A DNA stretch of 64,000 bases from Podarcis erhardii (lineage: Eukaryota): NCBI GenBank assembly GCA_964252035.1, contig OZ176208.1; one strand, 5' to 3'. A program made the translations under genes and the position numbers. The notes below the pieces were generated by a model that did not search any database, was not told where the DNA came from, and saw nothing but the letters and a program-made list of their open reading frames with translations. The stretch's first letter is position 1, and each line of letters begins with the position of its first letter. This document shows positions 51,401-59,585 of the stretch, piece after piece.

Positions 51401-53607
51401 CCTCTGTTGATGCCAGAGTTCAAGGCCTTGTGCTGCTATGCTGGCAAACCTGTTCAGTGGTAGCTGCTTAGTAACAGGTTCTGAAAGTGGAGAGAAGGTA
51501 TTTATAGACCGGGTCTGGATCAGGTAAATTCATTGTGATTGATCTTGGAAAAATAGACTCCAGTAGGCTAGAGGTTCTTCACAGTGAAACTGTTTGTGAT
51601 GGGAGTCAGATGAGGAGGGAGGTTTAGGTAAAAAACAGAGAATGTTAAAGGGGACAGCAGAGAGCTGTATATTAACACTATTCATCTTTGGTTTCGATCA
51701 GAAGTTCTATCCAAATATTTTTACCAAAATAAGGTTGCACAAGTGGGTTTTTAAAACCAGCTAAACGGTCCAAGCAATTAGAAGTACAACTGGAGAAGCT
51801 TTGGAGTAAGAGGCAGATTGTACCTAGTATCGGGACCCAACTGAGTGAATTTGGCTGAGGTGAAGGTTGAGGGAATTTAGCTTGCAGTAAAACCACTTAG
51901 AAGCTGGTGTTAGCAATAGTGGCTCTTGAGTCCTTAGAAATTGTCCAATACATGTATGACCCCAATGTAAATATCAGTATTCCCTTACATACAAAATATT
52001 CATTTGATAAATTATGTTAGTTAACGGTTCATCCTATTTCCAGTGTCGGTATCAATCTCACGCTTAAGCCTATGATACCAAGCTATTAGATGGATTTAAA
52101 AGCATTCTGAAGTAATTGGTGGCAGCAAAAAAGTGATACACTGACGAATTCTAAAGTGGCAAGGAGTTCCATAGATTCTGAAATATAAAATTTAAAGAGT
52201 CACAAATATCTATACTTCTGTGAAATAACAGCACCCTGATTACCTAACTCCTGAAGGGCTTGAGGCTGAAGATGAACAGAGAGAGGGCATGTAAACCACA
52301 GATGCTACAACTGGGGTAGAACAAATGCAAAAACAGGGCTAGTGAGTGAAGGCTTACATTTTATACTTACACCCCAAAGGGAGGAATATCTGAATTTCTT
52401 GCCCAGGGCAACTGAACAATCAGCAGCCCTCTTTTCAGTAAACCTAGCCAAGAATCAACAAAGGTGAGGAATTCCCATCTATCCCATTCTAATATAGTTC
52501 ATGTATACAACTTATTTTTATTTTCCCCCCAAAATCATTTTCTTCAAAGAATTGTGGGAACTGCAGTTTGTTAAGGGTGCTGGGAATTGTGGCTTTGTGG
52601 GGGGTAAACTACAGTTCCCAGTTGCTCCTTTACGTTCCTTCCCTTATGGTTGCTTTTAACCGTTTGTCCTTGTTTTTATCTTTTTAAGTTATGTATGGTA
52701 TAATCACATTTTAATTATTCGTTTTTATCCCTCACCTGTTTTAAGTCTTATGTGTTCAGTTTATCTGTATGTTTTATCTTATGCTGGCCAAAATAAAGTT
52801 TGATATAGAGACTGAAATAAACACAGTTCCCAGGATTCTCTGGGGGAAGTAAAGTGCTTTAAATGTACAGTGTGTACATAGCACTAGGAGGCATGAAGAG
52901 TGTTCAAATGAAGAGACAGGAAGGTTACCGCTGTTTAGAGAGGAGGGGATTTTAAGCAAGTACATCCATCATCAAAGATCCTAGTTCTGCAGTTTGGAAA
53001 AACTCACGTCAGCAGAGCATGAGGATCTTAATCTTAGGGTTCTGGGTTCAAGTCCCAAGATGGGCCTAAGATTCCTGCATTGCCTGGGGTGGGACTAGAT
53101 GACCCTCGTGACTCCTTCCAACTCCACAATTCTATTATCTGATGCGATGACTGAGGGGAGGTTGTGGTGGAAGGAATCTCGATCTTTTCGGAGTAGCAAA
53201 GAATAACATATGGACAGATTTTTTTAAATAAAAAAACAGCCTAAATCCCAACATTTGGAAGTAAGAAACAGAAAACGCTGGAATAGCAGCAGCAGGAGGG
53301 CCCAATTACACAGCGCCCCCCTCCAGCGGTTCTCAACCTGTGGGCCCCCAGATGTTGTTGGACTACAACTCCCATCATCCCTGAGCTCTGGCCTTGCTAG
53401 CTCGGGGTGATGGGAGTTGTAGTTCAACATATGGGGAGTCACAGGTTGAGAAAGGCTGCGTCCACCCCCTTCTCTTCCTTACTCGGAGCCGCTGGACAGA
53501 GACGCAGAGCAGGAGCTTCCGCTGCCAGGCGAGAGGCGGCCTTCGCATTCCTCAGGCTGCTGCGGTTCTCGAGGAACCTCAAAGGGCAACGGCGACGCTT
53601 TGTCCAT
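24379..53607 (-). CDS. INTU: Protein inturned (CPLANE / planar cell polarity effector), complete 16-exon CDS, 2826 nt / 941 aa
   Basis: join(53607-53483, 48687-48101, 43003-42918, 41968-41765, 40008-39890, 39463-39374, 39080-39003, 37661-37472, 35435-35382, 32434-32372, 31948-31730, 31278-30823, 29835-29738, 27283-27094, 25005-24851, 24490-24379). All introns are GT-AG and the frame is open. Recognisable INTU motifs include [27 protein letters not shown], the PDZ-like [29 protein letters not shown], and the C-terminal [20 protein letters not shown]. Confidence 0.95.
24851..25005 (-). CDS. INTU: INTU exon 15 (155 nt)
   Basis: TKKTT...[30 protein letters not shown]. Confidence 0.93.
26209..26523. 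mobile_element. Tigger/pogo-like MITE, second family
   Basis: TIR cagtggtgccccgcaagacgaa / ttcgtcttgcgaggcaccactg, TA TSD, CpG-rich (young), internal ccgctaa repeats. Confidence 0.8.
26965..27040. repeat. Short palindromic squamate repeat (ctgcaatcct...gggagtaagtcccattgaa...); other copies at ~21415-21487, ~40355-40415, ~50404-50488 and ~54060-54290
   Basis: Recurrent ~80-bp fold-back unit seen at several positions in the window. Confidence 0.55.
27094..27283 (-). CDS. INTU: INTU exon 14 (190 nt)
   Basis: [26 protein letters not shown]...[12 protein letters not shown]. Confidence 0.93.
27764..27973 (+). mobile_element. Penelope-like palindromic element, copy 2 (INTU intron 13)
   Basis: Near-identical to copy 1 in the opposite orientation. 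The left arm is truncated at stem II. Flanked by a 13-bp direct repeat tgtcattattaat (27747-27759 and 27974-27986). Confidence 0.75.
27881..27918 (+). ncRNA. Minimal type I hammerhead ribozyme motif (sequence-intact)
   Basis: gtatctgaagaagtgtgcatgcacacgaaagctcatac, identical to the copy-1 motif. Predicted cleavage between 27914 and 27915. Confidence 0.7.
28280..29257 (+). mobile_element. Young 5'-truncated L2 LINE (RT C-terminus and 3' UTR), antisense in INTU intron 13
   Basis: Open frame 28280-29095 including [13 protein letters not shown] and [17 protein letters not shown]...[14 protein letters not shown]. The 3' UTR ends in (TTA)n. Confidence 0.92.
29738..29835 (-). CDS. INTU: INTU exon 13 (98 nt)
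   Basis: [32 protein letters not shown]. Confidence 0.92.
30823..31278 (-). CDS. INTU: INTU exon 12 (456 nt)
   Basis: [33 protein letters not shown]...GSNSLFT. Confidence 0.93.
31730..31948 (-). CDS. INTU: INTU exon 11 (219 nt)
   Basis: [48 protein letters not shown]...RYFLLIVGL. Confidence 0.95.
32372..32434 (-). CDS. INTU: INTU exon 10 (63 nt)
   Basis: [21 protein letters not shown]. Confidence 0.93.
33162..34571. mobile_element. Long non-autonomous member of the same Tc1/mariner-pogo family, with internal tandem repeats (INTU intron 9)
   Basis: Same TIRs as 3511-3767 (ccgtatttttcgctctataacacgc ... gcgtgttatggagcgaaatttacgg) with TA TSD. No transposase ORF. Confidence 0.75.
33873..34085 (+). 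repeat. 94-96 bp tandem repeat
   Basis: The unit gtgtcaattctaaagtcggaggg...cacacaga starts at 33873, 33969 and 34063, with a degenerate partial unit upstream. Confidence 0.85.
34997..35247. mobile_element. hAT (Charlie-like) MITE
   Basis: Termini caggggtcagcaa / ttgcctacccatg with an 8-bp TSD agctagtc/agctaggc. Confidence 0.7.
35382..35435 (-). CDS. INTU: INTU exon 9 (54 nt)
   Basis: [18 protein letters not shown]. Confidence 0.93.
37472..37661 (-). CDS. INTU: INTU exon 8 (190 nt)
   Basis: [28 protein letters not shown]...[13 protein letters not shown]. Confidence 0.95.
39003..39080 (-). CDS. INTU: INTU exon 7 (78 nt)
   Basis: [25 protein letters not shown]. Confidence 0.95.
39374..39463 (-). 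CDS. INTU: INTU exon 6 (90 nt)
   Basis: [29 protein letters not shown]. Confidence 0.95.
39890..40008 (-). CDS. INTU: INTU exon 5 (119 nt)
   Basis: [39 protein letters not shown]. Confidence 0.95.
41765..41968 (-). CDS. INTU: INTU exon 4 (204 nt)
   Basis: VKLTFETT...[19 protein letters not shown]. Confidence 0.95.
42918..43003 (-). CDS. INTU: INTU exon 3 (86 nt)
   Basis: [28 protein letters not shown]. Confidence 0.95.
43998..44143 (+). mobile_element. L2 3' end fragment
   Basis: Matches the 3' UTR of the 28280 copy (gggaaacccagccaga...gggtataaataataa). Confidence 0.8.
45420..45840 (-). mobile_element. Old L2 3' fragment
   Basis: Antisense L2 3' pattern (ttattt tail, aaatgttttaagccagcacc...). 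Confidence 0.4.
46491..46624. mobile_element. Palindromic hAT-like MITE
   Basis: TIR caggcttcctcaacctcagccctcca-like at both ends, flanked by a 9-bp direct repeat ggcatacag. Confidence 0.7.
48101..48687 (-). CDS. INTU: INTU exon 2 (587 nt)
   Basis: [32 protein letters not shown]...KSGHILIG. Acceptor tttcacag, donor GTAAGT. Confidence 0.95.
53002..53140 (+). mobile_element. tRNA-Lys-derived SINE with a CR1-like 3' tail
   Basis: Head cagagcatgaggatcttaatcttagggttctgggttcaagtcccaagatgggc resembles tRNA-Lys(CTT). Tail ggactagatgacc...ccttccaactccacaattcta. Confidence 0.7.
53324..53458. mobile_element. Palindromic hAT-like MITE at the start of INTU intron 1
   Basis: Termini cagcggttctcaacctgtg / cacaggttgagaaaggctg, with an internal actacaactccca inverted pair. 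Confidence 0.7.
53483..53607 (-). CDS. INTU: INTU exon 1 (125 nt from the GCCATGG start)
   Basis: [41 protein letters not shown]. Phase-2 donor GTAAGG joins in frame to exon 2. The start choice is uncertain (see findings). Confidence 0.75.
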
Positions 53608-53729
53608 GGCGTCCGGAGGAAGCTTCCCCTCAGGAAGATCTGCAGCAGCCCGCCGCCATGACAGCGAACTCCGGAAGCCCGAGGCGCAGCACGTGACCCA
53701 CAAGCGGCTCGCCGATTGGCGCAGGGTGC

Positions 53730-53744
53730 GGAAACCATGGCAAC
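53730..53744 (-). promoter_or_regulatory. RFX X-box in the INTU promoter
   Basis: GTTGCCATGGTTTCC on the minus strand, close to the X-box consensus GTTGCCATGGCAAC. RFX X-boxes are the known regulatory signature of ciliogenesis genes such as CPLANE members. Confidence 0.65.
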
Positions 53745-56188
53745 CTAGGAAGCTCCTCGTTGCAAAGATTTGCTCCGCTCTGGTTGCTCACAGGAAACGT
53801 TCTCTTTTATATACCCTTTTCATTCGTCGCCCTGCCTAATGATCTAGGGCCCACTCGGTTCAGTGGGTCAGATACAGCCCACTTTACCTGCTCCCAGGTC
53901 ATTTGTCAGTAGATTGCGTCGCAAGACTACAGTCCTCGCACTTTACCTGCTCCCAGGTAAGGTGCGAGGACTGTAGCCTTGCAACGCAATCTACTGACAA
54001 ATGAATTCAACTGGGTTCAACGGGTTCCCCCCCTCTTAGATAAAGTGGGTTTGGGCGCCTTGCAGCGCAATCCTGCGCACGTGCAAATCCTTGCTCACGT
54101 GTAAATTCAGTGGGACTTATTCCTAGGTAGAATGTGCTATGGATCATTGCCTTACAATCCTACGCACGTTTATTCAAATGCAAATTCCAATGCGTTCAGT
54201 GGATTTACTCCCTAGTAAGTGAGTTCACGGTTGTGTTTACAAGAATGTAAGTGCCATTTAACTCTCTGGGCAAACATGCATAGGACTGAGCTCTTAAGGC
54301 TGCAAGTCTTGGAAACCTTTCAGTTGCATTCGTATCTGAGGCACTTCATAGGTCTGGATGAGGAGTAGGAAACGTTTCTTCTCCAGCTTGAAAGCAGAGG
54401 AAGAGCCAAGCGTAACTTCAATGAGGAGAGATGTATGTAATATGCAGTCAGATGCTATTTGTCAGCAATTTATAGAGGAATTGCCTGTCATGCAGGTAGT
54501 TCCTCCAAAAACTGCTAGCACGTAGTAGTCACTGGGTGCCATTTCAGTTTTTCATTTTAGGTGCCATTCTCTTTTTTTTTGTACTAGAGATGCACAGCCA
54601 ATGTTTTGGCTAGTAAATATTTATCCCGTTCCTCTCCTGTATGCTACAGTTGGGGCTTACAGCCTACACCTATACTTACTTACTTAGAAATAAGTCCCTC
54701 TTTTGAACTAAGCACATTTCTAAGAAGAAAGCACACTTTATTTTCTAAACATTAAAAAGAGTGTTCCAGTCGTCAGTTTCTTGGATGAATCTCAAAAGGA
54801 GTAAATGTAGATTGTGACTCATCAGTGAAGAAATGGAGAAACAACGTGTAATTTTAACAACTGCCATTCTTGGCTTTAATTTCTTGTGGTTATGCTAAGC
54901 AAAAGCAGTAGCCATGCTGAACTGCTACTTGTATAAGCAACATTAAGTCTCCTGTTACACAGAGGCTACCGTCTGCTCCTCAGCAGTATGTCCAGCACCA
55001 GGGTCTATAAATTAAGTTATATGAAAACAGCAAGAGATGATTTCTTTATTGCACAGTCTGTAAGTAAAGCTCACTGGAGATGTCCTGCAGTATTTTAAAG
55101 TCTTTTTTGTTGTTATTTTCTGTTCCGTCTAGACTAGGAATTAAAGGCAGGTTATTACAACACTACCATTTGCCATCTCAGTCAGGGAGACAAAGTGATG
55201 TGCATACCTTAATCAACAGAGTGAATACTACTCCCACTTATCTTTTGTTTCTGCATTTGATATAGTGTACTATACTACAGAAAAACTAAACTGTGGGAAA
55301 GAAGCAATTATCCTTGTCACAGAAATTTTATTTACTGAAACTACAGAAGAGGTAGACAACATGGTGCCCTCCAGATGTTACAATCACTCTTGACCATTGA
55401 ACAGACTGGCCAAAGCTGATGGGAGATGCAGTCTAGTAACATGGGACCATGTTGAATACCTACGACCTACAGCAACATTACACCAATAAAGTGTGAAGGA
55501 TGGATAACTATTTTTACAATGTTCAATTTTGTGTATGAAGTAGATGGAGGAAAAGAAAACAGTTCCTCTCTCTCCAAAAAGAGTCAACTATGTTTACCTT
55601 CAGAAGAATTAATAGTCTGTTAAATGATGCTTTTTCAGTAAGTAAAATAAAGATATATATGATCATTCAGTCTTACAGATGTCTAGCTGCTGAAAAATAG
55701 GTTGATATAGACACAAAACATTTAAACTCAAAGGATATAAAAACTAAAACCATGCATTAAAATAGTTACATCATTCACTTGCAATTAAGCACCCCATGAT
55801 TTTGATTTACAATAATCATCACACTTTCCCCAACTTTCTCAGAAAGGGTGTGTATGGGGGGGGGGCTTCATCTAAGCCAACAATTTCAAGTACTATATGT
55901 ATCTTAATAAAGATCATTACCATAGTCACAAGTATTTGTGTGTCTCACATTATAATGTGCAATGTGTTGGCAGGCATAAGGGCAACGTTAATGCCTATCA
56001 GACCTGGCCAGTGCCCTATGAGAGCTGAGGGTGCCCCTTATAATACATCACAGACTCCTCTGCTATATGCAGAATTATGACATTGAGCATTTTCCACATG
56101 GAAACGATGCGAGAAAATAAAATAATTAGAAAGGGGGGTATGAGGGTGTGTGTGATGCATGTAACCCCAGCTGTGTGCAGGAAAGAAA

Positions 56189-56316
56189 GTGAAGGCAATC
56201 CTATTTAGGGAAGTTTGTAATGTTTGATCGTGTTTTTAATGTTTTGTTGGGAGCCGCTCAGAGTGGCTAGGGAAACCCAGCCAGATGGGCAGGGTATAAA
56301 TTATTATCATCATCAT
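56189..56316 (+). mobile_element. L2 3' end fragment
   Basis: Matches the 3' UTR of the 28280 copy. Confidence 0.8.
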
Positions 56317-56394
56317 AAGAGAAGAGAGAGAAAATTGTAACACATCTCACATTCCAAGGGGAAGCATTAACGAAGGATGGGGAATCAGTGTGCA

Positions 56395-57100
56395 CTCCAG
56401 ATGTTGTTGAACTCCAAGCTCTCATCACCCTTGAGGCAGACATGGCCAAACTTGGCCCTCCAGATGTTTTGGGACTACAACTCCCATCATCCCTAGCTAA
56501 CAGGACCGGTGGTCAGGGATATGGGGATGGTAGTCCCAAAACATCTGGAGCAGTGGCGTAGCGTGGGGGGTGCAAGGGGTGCCAGCCGCACCGGGCGCAA
56601 CATTTGGGGGGGGCGCACTCGCAGCTCTCTGCCCCTACCTGGCTCACTCACTCTCTCTCACTGCAGTGCTGGCTGTGCAAATCCAATCCGAGCTGCCGGG
56701 TCGCCGCCCACTGTGGAGGGGGAGGGTGCCAGGTGTGCGTTGCGGTGCGGAGCGGAGAGAGAGCGAGGGAGGGACTATCTGGGGGAGGGACAGTGCAGCG
56801 GCCGCCCAGCGCAGCGCTGAGCGCGGGTGAGAACCACACCCGACCAGCCCAGGCAGCAGCAAGAAGAAGCTGGCAGCGGCGGCAGGTTAGGGGTTAGGGG
56901 CACAAATTATTTGCCTTGCCACGTGTTAGGGGGCGCAAATTACTTGCCTTGCCCCAGGTTAGGGGGCGCAAATTACTTGCCTTGCCCCGGGTGCTGACAA
57001 CCCACGCTACGCCGCTGATCTGGAGAGCCAAGTTTGGCCATGCCTGCGACCATGCTGGCTTGGGAAGATGGGAGCTTGAGTTCAGCAACATCTGGAGGGC
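56395..57100. mobile_element. Two nested palindromic 'ccagatgt...actacaactccc' MITEs hosting the 56551 element
   Basis: Inner host at 56437-57046 (TIR cagacatggccaaacttgg / ccaagtttggccatgcctg). The outer host halves lie at 56395-56432 and 57047-57100. Confidence 0.65.
56551..57017. mobile_element. hAT MITE inserted inside two nested MITEs
   Basis: TIR cagtggcgtagcgtggg / cccacgctacgccgctg with a perfect 8-bp TSD atctggag (56543-56550 and 57018-57025). Three subterminal ttagggggcgcaaattacttgcc repeats. Confidence 0.85.
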
Positions 57101-57929
57101 TCCCGGCTCCTCATACCCTTAGTTCACAATGGTTCGCACTGACCTGTGCAGCAGGATGCTCTGAACGGAATCCAGATCCTCCAGGTTCCTGGTGACAGGT
57201 CTGGGGATTCTGCGCTTGCTAACGCGGAACATGCTGCGGAAAGAGACGGCGCCTTTTCCTCCTCATTGCCGGGGTGCAAAGCCACGTTTGCAGAGTCCAT
57301 CGGGATTCATGCACAATCTTGCAAAACCGCTCCTCGACTTCAGACAAGGTAAACAGCGCAGAGGAGGAGAGCTGGGTCGTTGAAACCTACTAAGCTGCTA
57401 GCAGCCCTTTGCGTCCGGGAGTTGGAAGGAAGCAATTTACTTCCCAATGTCTGGCGTCTGTAGCACCCGGCGATCTCCACCTCCTTCGAAGATCTCACTT
57501 CCCCACCTTCTTCCCATGGCCAGCTGCAACCGGGACACAGCCCTAACCTGCCGTTGCAACAGCAAACTACTTCTGCAGATGAAACTTCGCGGTTTGCTGC
57601 TCTAGTTTAGCAGAGCAGGTGGGACGCCTGTCCGCCCTCCCTCCTCCTCTCTTATTCTCCTGGGTCTTAAAGTCCCCTCAAACTCTGAAAATTAGGCAGG
57701 GCTGGTGACATTTTAAAACCGAGACACGAAAAAGCTCCAATTTTATGCAAACTTAGCCGGGCGTCAGTCCCATAGAGCTCAGTGACACACACTTGGTTCT
57801 GAATAAACGTGCTTAATCTCAGGATACCAAAAAATGAGCTCTCTTGTCATATTTGTGTGCTTTGTTTCTGAAGGGTGTTCATGCAATGCATAAAACAGCA
57901 TTACAAGTGGTTTAAGCAAAATTGATTTA

Positions 57930-58171
57930 CAGTGGTACCTCAGGTTAAGTACTTAATTCGTTCCAGAGGTCCGTTCTTAACCTGAAACTGTTCTTAACCT
58001 GAAGCACCACTTCAGCTAATGGGGCCTCCTGCTGCCGCTGCGCTGCCGGAGCATGATTTCTGTTCTCATTCTGAAGCAAAGTTCTTAACCCGAGGTTATA
58101 TTTCTGGGTTAGTGGAGTCTGTAACCTGAAGCATATGTAACCCGAAGCATATGTAACCCGAGGTACCACTG
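57930..58171. mobile_element. Tigger/pogo-like MITE (same family as 7211-7441)
   Basis: TIR cagtggtacctc / gaggtaccactg, TA TSD, highly similar internal sequence. Confidence 0.8.
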
Positions 58172-58312
58172 TAGTTTGTTAAAGGTGCTCAGAGTTGTTA
58201 GGAGGAAACCCCCTATTCCTCTCGAGAGCTAAAATTCCCAGAGTTCCCTGGGAAGAGGGATTGATTGTTAAACCACCCTGGGAAATGATACCAACGATAG
58301 CTTAGAAAACTA

Positions 58313-58470
58313 CAGTGGCGTAGCGTGGGTTGTCAGCACCCGGGGCAAGGCAAGTAATTTGCGCCCCCTAACCCGTGGATTTACGCCCCCTAACCCGTGG
58401 ATTTGCCCTAACCCCAGATGTTGCGCCCGGTGCGGCCGGCCCCCCCTGCACCCCCCACGCTACGCCACTG
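58313..58470. mobile_element. hAT MITE, internally deleted inverted relative of 56551-57017
   Basis: Same TIRs and a perfect 8-bp TSD gaaaacta (58305-58312 and 58471-58478). Confidence 0.85.
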
Positions 58471-58911
58471 GAAAACTATATTTCCCAGGATATTTTTTTT
58501 AGGGGGATGCCTTCACTATTTACTGTATTTTTATTCAGTTCCAAATGTACATTTGCTGAGAGGGGTATCTGATTTCTCAGAGGAAAAGGGTAAGAAATAT
58601 CATATAATATTAACATTACTCCGTCCTTTGCATCTGGTTGTGAAACAGTTGACAACTGGATTTTTCTTGATACACACAGGGTTGGGGGAATACAACTGTT
58701 GAGAATTTGTTCACATAAAAACCCCCGGCACACAGCCTTAGGTGTTTTTGTAGGCACCCAAATAAAATAATAATAATAAATCAACAATTATCAAACACTC
58801 CAGTTAACCTCGGATTCAGGAAACAGCTGCAAATGCCACTGGAGAAAAATGACTGCAGGTCATTTCAGGAAGCAACATGGAAATACACCATAAAATTTTG
58901 TATAGCTAGTA

Positions 58912-59280
58912 AAAAGGTAAAGGTAAAGGACCCCTGGCAGTTAAGTCCAGTCACGAACGACACTGGGGTTGTGGTGTTCATCTTGCTTTACTGGCCAAGG
59001 GAGCCGATGTTTGTCCGCAGACAGTTTTTCCGGGTCATGTGGCCAGCATGACTAAGCCACTTCTGGCAAAACCAGAGCAGCGCACAGAAATGCCGTTTAC
59101 CTTCCCGCCGGAGCAGTACCTATTTATCTACTTGCACTTTGACGTGCTTTTGAACTGCTAGGTTGGCCGCAGCTGGGACCGAGCAACGGGAGCTCACCCT
59201 GTCGCGGGGATTCGAACCGCTGACCTTCCGATCGGCAAGCCCTAGGCTCAGTGGTTTAGACCACAGCACCACCCACATCC
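58912..59280 (-). mobile_element. Sauria SINE
   Basis: Full-length body with a (cctttacctt) tail. Confidence 0.9.
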
Positions 59281-59546
59281 AGTACTCCACCTCATATAAG
59301 TGAAATAAGAGGAGTTTGCTTAAGTATAAGAGGGTGTGTTTTTACATATCAGAGATAATGAGATTAGTAGAAAGTTTCCACAAGCTAGGGTATTTCTTTT
59401 TGAGGATATGGTGTAGTGTGAATTAACTCAAGGGGTAAAGTACTTGCATACAATGACAGTGGATTCTAGGTTGACCTTATCTAATTCCCTTTTTCTCCAT
59501 GCTGTGTATCTGTCCCCTACCCTGTCCCCATCCGTTCACTCGGAGG

Positions 59547-59547
<1 letters not shown>

Positions 59548-59578
<31 letters not shown>

Positions 59579-59585
59579 AATAATA
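59548..59585 (+). repeat. (AAAT)n/(AAT)n microsatellite
   Basis: Direct reading. Confidence 0.85.

Larger units (their letters stand above)
53480..54100 (-). promoter_or_regulatory. INTU CpG island / promoter
   Basis: CpG-rich exon 1 and flank, with a CCAAT box (ATTGG at ~53716-53720). Confidence 0.75.

Noticed and set aside
53002-53066. Possible tRNA-Lys gene
   Set aside because: The acceptor and D stems are degenerate and it runs directly into a CR1-like tail, so it is a SINE head.
56885-56975. TTAGGG-like motifs suggesting interstitial telomeric repeat
   Set aside because: They are subterminal repeats of the hAT MITE, not a tandem TTAGGG array.
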